A stretch of 64,000 nt of DNA from Camelus dromedarius (Eukaryota), in assembly GCF_036321535.1 (NCBI RefSeq), contig NC_087436.1, positions 62,436,001-62,500,000 on the forward strand, read 5' to 3'. Both the position numbers and the translations under genes were made by a program. Below the pieces are notes generated by a model. It worked only from the letters and a program-made list of their open reading frames with translations, ran no database searches and was not told where the DNA came from. Shown piece after piece: positions 51,496 to 64,000 of this stretch (its first letter is position 1; every line of letters starts with the position of its first letter).

Positions 51496-51654
51496 AAATT
51501 TTAAACAGCCTGAAAATTAATGAATGATTTTAATGGAATTGCAATTATAATCAAAACAGGTAGAAGGAGTTGAGTAACAGTAGAATAAAACTAATTTTAA
51601 GTAAGTTAAACCCCATGTCATCACATTTAAAATGTGAATTAATAATAAGAACAA

Positions 51655-51875
51655 TTTTGGGCAGAAGGGCAAAATAGGTGAAGAGGATTAAGAGGTACAA
51701 ACTACCAGTTGTAAAATAAATACCACAGGGATATCATGTACAGCCCAAGGAATACAGTCAATATTTTATAATAATTTTATAGTATGTAATCTATAAAAAT
51801 ATCAAATCACTGTATTGTACACCTGAAACTAGCATAATATTGTCAGTCACCTATACTTTACTGAAAAAAAGAAAA
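51655..51875 (+). mobile_element. L1 3' end with A tail (L1MA9-like lineage)
   Basis: gaggattaagaggtacaaactaccagttgtaaaataaat...aaatcactgtattgtacacctgaaactagcataatattg...aaaaaaa. Confidence 0.85.
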
Positions 51876-54776
51876 CCTTAAAATTGTGTAAAAGAGTAAC
51901 AAAAATAATATTTACTTATTACCACATAGAAAAAATAATAGGAACTATTTAAGAGGGTTTTTGAAGGTTTAAATCTATCAAAAATGCATAGGATATTGCC
52001 TTGCACTTATTGAAGTTGGCTCTATCTTTTCAAGATCAAAAAGATTTCTAAAATTTTGATGAGAAGAGAAGAAAAAAGGTGTATCTTTTAGAAAGACTAT
52101 ATCTTACGTGTTATTTAGAAAGAAAATGATTTTATGTGAAATGATTTTAAAAACCTATAGCTGATTTACAGGTAGAAGTCATGGAATGGAGATTGTGTAA
52201 TTCTTAGGTAAGGGTAAATTCAGAGGAAAATTTGCAGTGGAGATAGATGAATATTGAAGTGCCCGTGAAAGGATAATGCAAACTAGTAAGGCAAAATGCA
52301 AACTAGTGCCATCTTGAAAGTTTGTTTCCTGTATAAACCAAGTACAAACAAACACAGAAAACATGGTTATACCATCTGGTGCACCCCTGTAAATTGTGCT
52401 TTCCTTGATGGAAAAGTCCAGGTAAATGACAAATGTGATTCAGAATGTGATGTCATTGTGTAGTAGGTGTCATTGTGTTGTAGGTTTTGAACTTTTTCTC
52501 TCCCATCAATGGATCTTTTACTTCAAACTGATTCTTAGAAGATATTTCCCATTCTGGTGTGCGCTTACCATTCTGAAGCTACTCAAGACAGTTGTCACAG
52601 GATCTTTTCTCTTTCCTCATCCCTCTTCTCTTTTTATAAACTTGGAATAATCCTTTTCCTCTTGCTGAGGTCACTCTGGGCTTAGGCTTTGGCTCTCGGT
52701 CAGTTGGTTCCATCTACTTTCTCCCATGATAACAGTGGGAATGTGCTATTCAAGAAGTATTTCTATAAGTGGAGAATGAGCTATATAGCAATGGCCATTC
52801 TGATTCCAGTGTTGTTATGAAACATTTACGAGACTGGGACATATTGTTTTCTTGTAATCGTTATTGTACCTTTTTAAGCTGTTGTGTAACAAAAGTTTTC
52901 TTTCTCTCATGTTACTAAGGATACCTCTATAATAGTAAGGACACCTCTATAATTTTGATTTTGTCTATTATACTAAGAATGGATGGGGGTAGAAAATCCA
53001 GTCCAGCAACATGTAAAACATTAATACAGAGTGTGAGTCTAATTAATTGAGAAGTAGACAACCTACAATGCCTCACCCACCCAGTAGCCCAGTAGGTTTA
53101 TAGGTTTCCACCAATAAAGTTAGCTCAATAATTACCTAAGACCACTTTTAAAGCACTGAGTTACACACTTGAAATATATTCCAGTGGTTGTTTTTATTTT
53201 CTTTTATGGATAGTGGATTTGTTACTGTAAATACCTTTTCATTAGCTTGATAGTATGCATTAAATAAATAAATCCATCTAACTTGCATTGCATAATTCAC
53301 TTTAGACTAGCTGTAAGTAATATTTAATGCAGTTATTTTAGAGAGTATTAGTTCATTGTTCTGTGACGTGATTACGTTTTAGTATGTTAAGAAGTATGAC
53401 TTTTCAAGTCACAAATGACTTCAGATCCTGAAGAGTTATGTCTTTCACCTAAGATTTTCATGCTGTATTGATTAAGTTCTTTGCCCTGTGATTATCATGC
53501 CTTAATGCAACTCCTTTCTCCATTCAAGAGCGATCTAGGCTCATAATCCACATGACAGAGTGTTGTGATAAGTAAACTATAAAGAATGAAGGAGAATGCA
53601 ATGTAAGAGAGGTTTAGAATTTTGTGCAAAATAGACTTTAAGGGAAAAAAGTTGAAAGAGCAAGAGCAAGATACCAAAATCAAGAAAGAGATAAAAGACA
53701 GAGAGAGAGAGAATGAATCAGATACCTCCGATTATTATTATTACACTGGAGTAGGGGGGGTGAAGATTTGATTATGTTACTAACACCCTTATGTTACTTT
53801 AAGAGTTGTTTGCACTGATAATTACGACTTACAACTGAATTGTTCTTTCTTCCCTTGTTCTTGTCTCAATTTTCCAGAAGAACGAATCTTTTTCCTGTCA
53901 TTTTTCTCCCTCAAGTTCTTCCAGGCAGTCTCAAGTATCTATTTTACACGTTATCTATTTTACACAACTCTGTGCACTCTTGATACTGTAAATTTTGCTT
54001 ATTCAAGAACTTTATAGATCCATCTTTACATTCTCATATCTTCAAGCTGATTACCAGCTCAGTATCATTTTTTCTTTAAGCACAAACACAGGTGATCCTC
54101 AACTCTCCAAAATTTCTCTGAAACCAAGCTAGTGTTTCACAAAGCTTTATTGAATACCTTAAGATAAACTAGAAATATAGCATGGAGAGTAAATTAGAGA
54201 ATTATGTGCAATGGTTGTATTTAGAGTCATACATTTTAAATCTATCTCCAGGGCGCCTTACTTTCCTAATGAAGATAGAAATTCCAGGGCCTTCATACTG
54301 CAGTAAAGAGCCCTTCAGTAGCAGAAAACAGGTCCTTCCTGTCATTCACCTGAATCCAAAGCCCAAGCTTATGGACAGAGTTAATTTTTTGAAGATAAAT
54401 ACTCTAACTACAGGGGAAGAACTCTGCCTTCCCTATCACAAGGGGAATTCTTCTTATGTTTGGATTATTTACCCTTAAATAATGCTTCCTGGGTACCAGT
54501 GTTTTTAACATTCTTCATTGGCACAGACTGTTATGTCTCACCATCTACCTAGCTATAATTTGAATTTATAGGTAATAATCCAACATTCAGCATTTATATT
54601 CAGATCTGCACTCACTTTTCCAAAAACAAAATAAAGCAGTTGCTTTATTTCTAGGAAACTGAAGTGGCAAATTTCTTAAATAAAGATAATTTTTTGTAAT
54701 AGTTATGGACTCTTTAATTTCAGAAACTAAATTTTGAAGACTATCCAAAAAATAGTTACCTAGCTATGATCTCAAG

Positions 54777-55080
54777 TATTAGTTAGAATACAGGCTTAAT
54801 GATTGCAACAAAAGACCCAAGAGAAACAATGGCGAACAAGACAGAAGATTATTTCTCTCTCTTATAAGAACGTCTGAAAAGGTCAGAGTAGACCTGGCAT
54901 CTCCAGGGTGCTGGGGAAAGGTGCTCTCTTATTTTTTGCTTGCTGAATCTTACATCTGGCATGCTTCTTTCTTTTTGAAGGAATAACCTGAAAATTGCAC
55001 ACATGATTTCATATCGTTGATCAGAACTAAATCACATGGCTGAATCTTGCTACAAAGAAGATGGGTAATGTAGACTTTAC
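54777..55080 (-). mobile_element. MaLR LTR fragment (MLT1I/J-like)
   Basis: tattagttagaatacaggctt...aacaagacagaagattatttctctc...cagaactaaatcacatggc...gctacaaagaagatgggtaatgtag. Confidence 0.7.
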
Positions 55081-57042
55081 CAAAAATAAAAAATGGACAA
55101 TGCATAATGAGAGTAATCTGAATCTCTGACATCCTAGACAGAGCTTATATTAAACTTTGGAGATTGGGATACTGAGAAAGGACAAATACTAGTTTTAGAG
55201 GTGCTTTTGAAATAAATGATTTGATAAAATGTCAAGTTTAAAATTATTCCTATCACTATTGAAAATTTTTGTAATCCTCAAGTTGTCATGCAAGAGTAGA
55301 AAATAGTTCACCATCAAGTTGAGCTAAGTTTGGGACTCTCATAAGATACTAACTTTTTGTCCTTTGTATGTGTGTGTGTGTCTTAAAAATCTCTACATAT
55401 TTTTCAGACTTTATGGCTGCTCCTTTCTTTCTTTCAGCTACTTTTTACATATTGTACAATATCTCAGTCCTTTTTATCCCTTAATGCATGTTGCAGATCA
55501 GTAGCTTTGTTTTATTTCCTTTCTTTTTTATTCCTTTTGTTACTGAGGTTCTCTTAATAGTCTTAATCATTCACACTAAAAATAATGGATTGGATCTGAT
55601 GAGAGATCCCTGTTTCTAAAATAATTTTACAAGAAAATCCTCAGAAGTACTTGATATATTGAAACTACTGGGAAATTATATTTACAGGATTCTCTGGTCA
55701 AGTGTTATCTTTATTTCTGTGCTGAATTAGGAGGAAAGCTAAGGGAACCTTGGTCCTAAACCTTGCCATTATTGAAAAGGGTGCATTTGGCCCTGAAAAA
55801 CCTGTTAGTATGAGACACTGAAAAGCCTCTCATTAAGAATAGGTATTAATCAGCACAGTCATATTTGAAACAAAGACTTAGGGGTCACACAGGAGGGAAA
55901 TTTTCACTTTAATGTTCTATTTGTCACTAGAACTTTTCTCCAGTCTAGTTCCCCAGGTCCTATGGCAAAGAAAGAGAGAAGTAGTTAGGGGGATGGTATG
56001 ATTGAAAGGGAAAGATTGTAACAGTAAAATCTCTTTAAGACATTGAAGCCCTTAAGAGCTGATTATGACACAATGGAAAACAGTATAACACTCAAATGGA
56101 GGCATCTTCACACTTTTCCATAAAACATGTGCCTTGGATATGTCTAGAACATAAGATGAAGTGGTACCAGCAAATGTGGCAGTGGTACCCAGCAGAGACA
56201 TCTCAAGTGATTGTTGGTATCAGTACAGAGGATGCAGGCAAATATATTAGTACCTCATAAAAGAGATTCAAAATGGGAGAAAAGAGAAAAATATTTTCTA
56301 GAGTAGGTTCCATAAATATCAGATAAACCAAAGGAATGATTAAACCCATGGCAGAGGGCCATATCCTCTAATTCCATACCCCTACATTCTGTTAAGTGGC
56401 TAGGGAACTTCTTGCCATCTATTAGCATCCTTCCCTGAAACTCATTGTAATCAATTTGTCTAACAAATATTAGTAAGTGCTTCCTAATCCCTAGGCTCTG
56501 TAGTAGTGTCCATTTCTAACAGTCGTGAGACACGGTAAGTGCTCCTGAGGAAACTCATCTGGATGAGTTAGAGGCAAGTGCTTGCTGGCTGTGTTGGTTC
56601 TGTGCACCTTATCTTCTCTCTTATCTGGGGCTGAATTCTTCGTGTGTGGCACAAGTCAGCTTGTTCATTGACACTCAATATGTGTTGACAGCACAGAGAT
56701 GCATCTGTTGTACACAGATTTTGTTCCCTGAAAGCTCATTTCTATTTTGAGTGGCATCAGAAAAGAAAGACTTAAGATAGTGTCTTTAGACTGAATAGAT
56801 TTCAATGATCAATACTGAGATAAATATTCTGCACAAATTTTAAAATTGAGCTATTAAAAATAGTCTCAATGCAGAGTTCAACTTTTAAATTGATCATTGA
56901 AAGTATTTTATATGTCATTACTTTCTAAGAATATTAGCTATTATTTCTAAATTATGCAGATCATATTTCTAATTGAAAGATGATTGTTTTTCAAATATCA
57001 AAAAATAAAATGACAACTAGGAATCATACTTTAAGACCTCTA

Positions 57043-58280
57043 ACATTTTTACTGAGTTGGAAATTCACATAACATAAAATTAACCATTTTAAATTGTACA
57101 ATTTAGTTATATTGATTTGCATATACAATGTTAATGCAAACACTGCCTCTGTCTTCAAAATATTTTATTATCTCAGTTGAACTCCCCATACCATTTATTC
57201 AATCAGTCCTGTCACCCTTCCCCTAATCCTCTATTAACCACTAATCTGCTGTATATATAGGTTTACCTATTTTTGATATTTTATATAAAAGAAACTATAC
57301 AATTTGTGGTCATTTGTTTCTGGCTTCTTCTCTTAGCATGTTTTTTAGGTTTACCCAAGTTGTAGCATGTATCAGTACTTCTCTTGTTTTTATAGGTGAA
57401 TAATATTCCATTATTTGGAAGTACCACAACTTATTATCCACTCATCCATTGATATTTGGGTTGTTTCTACCTGTTGATTAATGTGCCTATTGCTGCTATA
57501 AACATTCATGAGCAACTGTTTATTTGAGTGTATACCTGTTTTAATTTCTTTTGAATATTTGCCTAGGAGTGAAATTGTTGGGTTAGTGTTTAAACATTAT
57601 CTATAGTTAGCTTTTTGAGGAACCATCATTTGCCACATTTATTGCACCTTTTACATTCCCACTACTAATGTAATTATTTCTCTATATCTTCAACAACACT
57701 TATTATTTTCCTTTTTTTAGAAAAATAATAGCTATTCTAGTGTGTATGAAGTGACATCTCATTGTGGTTTAGAGATGCATTTCTTTAGAAATATCTTTTC
57801 ACGTGAATGTTGGGCAATTGTATATGAACTTAGAAGAAATGTCTATTCAAATTCTTTGCCCATTTTTTTTTTTTACTGGGTCTTTTGTCTTTTTGGTGTT
57901 GAGTTGTAAAAGTTCTTTATATGTTCTGGATACTAAATTCTTATCAGATGTGTGATTTAGGATATTTTCCTCATTCTACAGCTTCCTTTCAACTCTCTTG
58001 GTAATACGGTTTCATACACAAAAGTTTATTTTCTTTATATAAATTTCAATTTATTTGTTTGTTATTTGTGCTCTTGGTATCAGAGCTAAGAATCCATTGT
58101 CCAACCTGAGGACATAAAGGTTCACCCAAATGTTATCTTCTAATAGTTTTATAGTTTTAGTTTGTTATGTATGTTATTTATTTTGAGTAAATTTTTGCAT
58201 GTAGACTGAGGTAAGGGTTCAACTTCATTCTTTTTTATATGGTTATCTGGTTGTCTTGGCATCATTTGTTGAAGATATGT
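57043..58280 (-). mobile_element. L1MB-type 3' UTR and end of ORF2
   Basis: aaattcacataacataaaattaaccattttaaa, gttgtagcatgtatcagtactt, cctaggagtgaaattgttgg, gaagaaatgtctattcaaattctttgccc, catcatttgttgaaga. Confidence 0.9.
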
Positions 58281-59105
58281 AATTTTTGAGTGAAAGGACT
58301 TTTTTTCAATTCATGGTTATTATTTAGAATTATAATTAAGTAGGGACTTAAAATGAGTAAGAATACTTCAATTTAGGTTTCATTGCTTCTGGCATAATAC
58401 AAAATCTGCCTATAAATACAGCACTGCAAGATAGCTGTGACAAGAATATATGCAAAATTATTTAATCAAACAATTGATAACCAGTTAATACAAAAAAAGT
58501 TAAAAATAGCCACTGGGACCAAAATAAGACAATTGTAATTACCGGCAAGTCAGTTTAATTCAATGAGATGCTACCCAGCACTTAACTGTGACTATTCTTA
58601 TATTCAGTAACTACTCTTTCTAACATATACTAATATCAGATGTCTCAAAAGGCCATTGAATAAATATGTAAAGCTTTGAAACAGCCAGAACTCAGATGAC
58701 AAGCCCTTTTAATCCATATTTATGCCAGATGACTTATTGTTTCATTAGTCTCAGTCTTACTATTTTAAAGATAAATGCCTCTTTCCATTGTAATAGTTTT
58801 ATGTATGTAGTGTGAGTTCAGAAAGTAAAGGACATAATTTCAGACCAGACTTCTTTAAAAAATTATTTTAGAGTGACCAAACTATTTTATTATTATTTTA
58901 AAAGTCAAGTGTCAAAATATAGATGGATATTATCTTCTTTTTGTCATCCTCATCAGTGTCACCTTCTCACTGAGGGCCCTTGTGACCAAGCATTTCATTT
59001 CCTAGTATTCTCTTCAGTTTCACTTAACTCCACAACAGTTGTCATATATATGACATATACATGGCATGTATATGAGTGATATATAGTTCACTTAAAAATA
59101 AGCAA

Positions 59106-60110
59106 AACATTTTTATTTTGGAATAATTTAAGGTTTACAGAAAAGTTGCAAAGGTAGTAGAGATTTCACCCCTCTTCCTCAGGTATTAGCATCATTCATA
59201 TTGAAGTTTCATTTGTCAAAATTACAAGTTTCACTTTAGTACAATATTATTAACTAAACAATAGATTTTATTCAGATTTCTCTAGTATTTCCACTAATAT
59301 CCTTTCTGTCCTAGGATCCAGTCCAGGATACCATGGCACTTCTAGATATCATATCTCCTTAGTCCTTTCCACCTCTGATTAATATCCTGTTTTTCATGAC
59401 CATCATCCTTTGGAAAGATTTGGTCAGGTATTTTTTAATAATGCCCTTCAGTTTGGGTTTGTTTGTTTTCTCATGATCAGACTAGGGATATGGGATTTGG
59501 GGGAAGAACACCATAGAGGTAGAGTGCTTCTGTCACATTGTATCAGGGATCCATGATAAGGCTTACCACTGATGACATTAACCTTGAACACTTGGTGAAT
59601 GTGGTTACTCACATATATGTCTTCATTGTAATGTCATTATTTTTCCCTTTCTGCACTCCATCCAACTTTATATCCTGCCCACACTCAAGGGGAGGGAAAT
59701 TAAACCCCACCTCCTGAAGGGGAGATGATCTATCTATATTTAGATTTTTCAAATTCTTTTATAAGGAAAACATGTCTCTTCTCCTCCATTTTTTTTATTT
59801 ATTCAATCATTTACTTATATTGTTAAAACCATGAATATTTATTTTATTCTTTGGGTTATAAGATGCTGTAATTTTATTGCTGCAATTGTTCCCACCTTTG
59901 GAGCTCTTTCAGGCTGGCTCCTGAGTCCCTTTGACATACATACTCCCATCAATTGTGGGTTTATTTTGTTTGTTTTTTTTTTGTCTGTTGGTTTGTTTAG
60001 AACTTCCTTATATTCTGACAGTATAAAATATTACAGGCTTATCTTGGAATTTTACCTGCCCAGGATCTAGAATCAACTGTCTATCTAAAGATAAAGCCTG
60101 GCTCCTTATG
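59106..60110 (-). mobile_element. L1MC/L1MD-type 3' UTR
   Basis: ttttggaataatttaaggtttacagaaaagttgcaaa, ggatccagtccaggatacca, atgatcagactaggg, ggagctctttcaggctggctcctgagtccctttgaca. Confidence 0.85.
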
Positions 60111-60149
60111 TAGCTGGTTTACTTGTTTGCCTTTTCTTTTTTTTTTTTT

Positions 60150-60280
60150 TTTCACTGAAATGTAAGTTAGATATGAGAAAAAATTTTGTTTGTTTTGTTA
60201 CCTGCTGTATCCTCAGTGCTGAATACAATACGTGGTGCATAGTCGGCATTCAGTAATAATGTGAAATAGGTGAATAAACA
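60150..60280 (+). mobile_element. L2 3' end fragment
   Basis: ctgctgtatcctcagtgctgaatacaatacgtggtgcatagtcggcattcagtaata...tgaataaa. Confidence 0.7.
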
Positions 60281-60501
60281 GAAAGAATGTTAAGTTCACC
60301 ACAGTTTTAAAATGCTTTCTATCATTTCTCCTCAAAAAATTCCCTCACAAAATTCTGAACAGATAATGGAGAGCATCATGAAATTACCTTCCTTATAGGG
60401 TTTTTATTAAAACTGCTTTTTTAAAGAAAAATGTGGCTAATGCTGCTAGGGTGATCCCTGGCATTTTTTAAAATAGGTGTTCCTCCACCTCCTGCTGGTT
60501 T

Positions 60502-60570
60502 CATCATCATCACCATCATCACCACCATCACCACCATGACCACCATCATCACCATCATCATCATCATCAT
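60502..60570. repeat. Imperfect (CAT/CAC)n trinucleotide repeat, 23 units
   Basis: Read directly; one GAC interruption. Confidence 0.95.
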
Positions 60571-62628
60571 CTAATTGAGCTCTGAGCATGGCCACAGCAA
60601 CAGAGGAATTCTGTTCTACTCTTTTATGAGCTAAACACTTTTTATATTTCTCCATGACTGATATATTTTCTTGATGTATCATAATTTTTATTGCTTTGGT
60701 GAAACAAAAGAGGGTATAACAGAATTCACTACTGCAAAACAAGTCAAATGTCTGAACCCTACTTTCAAAGGAAAGTAGGAGGAAAACAAAAGGGGAGAAA
60801 AAGAGAACAAATGAGGCAGGCAAAACCACTTGACCTTAAATTCCATGAAAGTTTACTTTGTAATTTGCCAGTGTTACAATGGTTCATATCTACTAGTCTT
60901 GAACATTCTGACCACTTTTCATCAAATGTTTGGAAACCATACACATTGAAAATATGCCATAGCATCACATTTTTTTTCTTTGCTCAGAAACTCTGTAAAG
61001 TTCTAATTGAATATCTTTCAAAGGCATATCAGCCAATGCGGTTTAATGTTTTTAATTATGCAACACTAGGTTTACTGTCAGAAAAGATATAAAAAAAACT
61101 ATAAAAATTGAGAAGTCACTAAATTGGAAAGCTTATTTATCAATGCAGTTTTGTTATTCTAGCACAAATTTCCTGGTTGTGTCAGGTGCTGTCATGCTTC
61201 TGAGGGGTTTGTGTTCGATGGTGAAGATGATATATATGGTAGAAATTGATATAAAGAGATGTATTACCGTACCAGAATATGCTGATTCCAAGACTGCTTT
61301 CCAGTCATAATTTTCACACTCTGTATACAAACTCTCAGCGTGTAGTAGAGCCTTAGTCATTGGTGGTTTGATTTCTTCCTGTAAATACTTGCATTGGTCA
61401 TAAAGCATGGATCTTATCAATATTTTAGACTTAGGTTGTGATGCATAGTGATAAATGATTGACTAACATTAAGAGAATAGTAAATAATTCTAAAAGGTAA
61501 CCTGAAATTTTTAAAATTTGAAAATATATCCTCAAAAAGAAAGGGTTTATTTTTCATACACTGACTTAAAATGGCTTAACCTCTGGTTAGAAAATGCACT
61601 GGAAGAGTCGAAACTGAAGACTCATGAAATATATAAGGCTTCTCTCTTCTCAGTAAGTACCGATGTTTGCTAGGAAAGGTGCTTTTTCTCCCTTCTCCTG
61701 TATTAGCTTTAACAAGATATGAGATTAATTGATTCTGCCAGGTCACAAATGCAACATCAGTCACTGATAGAGTTTCTGAGAATTCACCAGTGTTTTATAT
61801 CAAATGAATCACTGTGTGTAGTAGAGAGTTTATCCATACAGAACTTAAGCTATTACGTACGTAAGTAGTCATTTCTTTCTTTTTTTTCTTTCTGAAAATA
61901 TGGATATTCTTGTTTGTGCCCCTGCCACACTCTACGCAGAGTATAGTTGTATTTCTTGTCTACCTTCCTGAAGGGTGCTACACTGAAAGTATCTGTATAA
62001 CTCAAATCAAATTCTCGAAGGAAGGCTGAATACAGTATTTATTTGTATTTGAAATAATAAGCTGGTTTTACTATGGTTTCTGATTCACTCCTGAACAGTA
62101 AGAGTGGCATTCTGTGTGCTAGATTTGTTGCCAGTATAGTATAGTCTGTGCTCAGTATAGTTTTGGTTGATTTTGTTGATGCGTTTATGTGTGGGAGTAT
62201 TTATGAGGGTATTTAATGAGGATGCATTTTCTTACCCTGTATTATTTCTCGGTAACATCATTGCTGACTCTGGGGAAAAAAGATAGGGCTCACGTAGCTG
62301 TAAATATTTGTAACTAATTAAATACTTATCATGTAACATTATTCAAGTCAAATTAGATTACCAGAAGGTTTGAGGTTTTTTTTTAGAGATGATAACATAT
62401 GAAGCCTCTTAAACATAACCATTCAATAAGATAGAAGAAAAAGTCACAGAGAGTCTTATATATGATACTCTTATTATATTAAGAAAATATAAAAATGTTA
62501 ATTTTATGGCCAAATTTTAAATTTTTTTAAAGTAAAAGGAAACCTACTCTACAGTATAATATAAGATAAAACAGATATGAGAGGGAGGTGTCAGAATGGA
62601 TGTTGATACATATCAGAAAATTTAACAC

Positions 62629-62687
62629 AAATACAGAAACCAAATTTACATTTAAATACAGAAACCAAATTTACATTTAAATACAGA
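62629..62687. repeat. Perfect 25-bp tandem duplication
   Basis: aaatacagaaaccaaatttacattt x2 plus partial aaatacaga. Confidence 0.95.
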
Positions 62688-63654
62688 TAATTACACAGAC
62701 TAGAGAGTCTGTGCAATATAAAGTGGTTAGAAGAAAGTAAAATATTTAAAAGAAGAAAATTCTTTCTGTGTATCTTTCCATAAAGAATACAGATACTTTT
62801 GAGGGATACGTTATCAGACCTCCATACATTTAAAAATTAATAACTTCTCTCTGATATTCCCTGCCCTCCTTCTCTATAAAACATAAAGGCCAAGGTAGTG
62901 ACTATATACAGATATGTGCTGAGTGAATACTTGCCTGAACACAGATGTTAATGTATTGGCTTCTTCATGTATTGCTTTCTCACCAATTGATGCATGTCAG
63001 TCTTCTATAATTCTTTTAGAATTCAGTGTAATGTTATTGATCCTTTCATGTCTTCATGTAGCTTGCTCTGTATATGTCTTCTGAGCTTGTGAAAGAAGGA
63101 AATAAGACTATATTTACATTATGTACAGGGTACCTACTTTCTTGGTATAGAGAAGTTCTTATACATTTGCTCAGTATTAAAGTGCATGCTGGTGCTTTTG
63201 ATAAAGGCCTTAATTTAGAAATGATTATTCCCCTGAAAATAAATTAAAGAAAAATAACTTGGGCAAAATAACACCTTAAGAAGGGAGAAGTTAGAAAATA
63301 GGAAAAAGAGGAGGAGGACATGTGGGAAGAGGATTTTTGCAGAGACTAGAGACAGTGTAATTTTTGAACACTTTAGTGTGAATTTATTTATTTTTTCCTT
63401 CAGATTTTTAAATTTAGCTAGTAACTACTGTGTGACTAATTTCTTACCAAGGTGAATAGGTAGGCATTGTTTTTAACATATCTGAGAAAATCCTTCGAAA
63501 GAAAGAAAGTCCCCGGGTAAGGGTCCTTTTGCACTTTCCCATTCTTCCTCCTTACCTGACTTGATCTTTCATCCTATAATTATTTTTTAAATGTAAAGAA
63601 AAGAGCTGTTAAATATTCTAACTAAATTCCTTTGACTATTCAAAATTTGTTTCT

Positions 63655-63725
63655 GCAAATCACATAAACTTTTTAAGACTCAGTTTCTACGTGTGAAAAA
63701 TGGGAGGATTTGAACACAATTTTTA
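63655..63725 (+). mobile_element. MIR/MIR3 core fragment
   Basis: gcaaatcacataaactttttaagactcagtttctacgtgtgaaaaatgggagg. Confidence 0.55.
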
Positions 63726-64000
63726 GGATTTATTTTTGTACTTTGGTTGTAGCTTATGGATATTATAAATGCAATGAAATTGTTTTTATCGGAGTCCTTC
63801 AGATGAAGTCTAGTTTGTGTGCACTGTTATATTTAAGCAACATTACAATGATATCAGATCATGTCAATCAGTAAGTAGTATTCTTGTGGGTGACCATATC
63901 ATTTAGTGCTCAGGTCTAGGTAACAGAAAACCTTCTCCATATTTAAATCAGAACAGATATTACCATTGGGATTGAGATGCTTTACAAAATCGTTTAAAAG

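Noticed and set aside
56552..56569. 8-bp inverted repeat aactcatc-tg-gatgagtt
   Set aside because: Length is within chance expectation for 64 kb.
60446..60829. 127-aa minus-strand ORF with an Asp/Gly run
   Set aside because: Length is inflated by the trinucleotide repeat and low-complexity T-rich sequence.
63390..63457. 48-nt pseudo-exon (ttttttccttcag...CAAG|gtgaat)
   Set aside because: Moderate donor and AT-rich, non-exon-like interior; such pseudo-exons are common in introns.
1..64000. CRISPR array, operon, rRNA, CpG-island promoter or named host gene
   Set aside because: Mammalian repeat landscape, no regularly spaced repeat-spacer units, no CpG island, and no exon I can assign to a known protein.

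Overview
This window is AT-rich, CpG-depleted placental-mammal genomic DNA, most likely a long intron or gene desert. A tRNA-Ala-derived vic-1-type SINE (30488-30586) and a young L1 3' end point to a camelid (alpaca, llama or camel). I recognise no protein-coding exon, and most ORF-track entries fall in decayed repeats or low-complexity sequence. Much of the window is old interspersed repeats (MIR, L2, L1M, HAL1, MaLR/ERVL LTRs, hAT and Tigger MITEs). Between them are repeat-free, homeodomain-motif-rich blocks that look like conserved non-coding elements. Best-supported unusual items: (1) a perfect 25-bp-arm hairpin with a fold-back template-switch signature (22613-22670); (2) an ~87%-identical 99-bp duplication 2388 bp apart, each copy preceded by a 3' splice-site-like motif; (3) an intact 590-bp ERVK-like solo LTR with a perfect 6-bp TSD; (4) an L1 with a twin-priming 5' inversion and 13-bp TSD; (5) a truncated U2 snRNA retrocopy; (6) an ERVL-type provirus remnant with a decayed protease motif; (7) candidate cryptic, poison, micro-exon and recursive splice sites on the + strand. 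I found no convincing new multi-gene system. Repeat subfamily names come from recalled consensus sequences and boundaries of old repeats are approximate.
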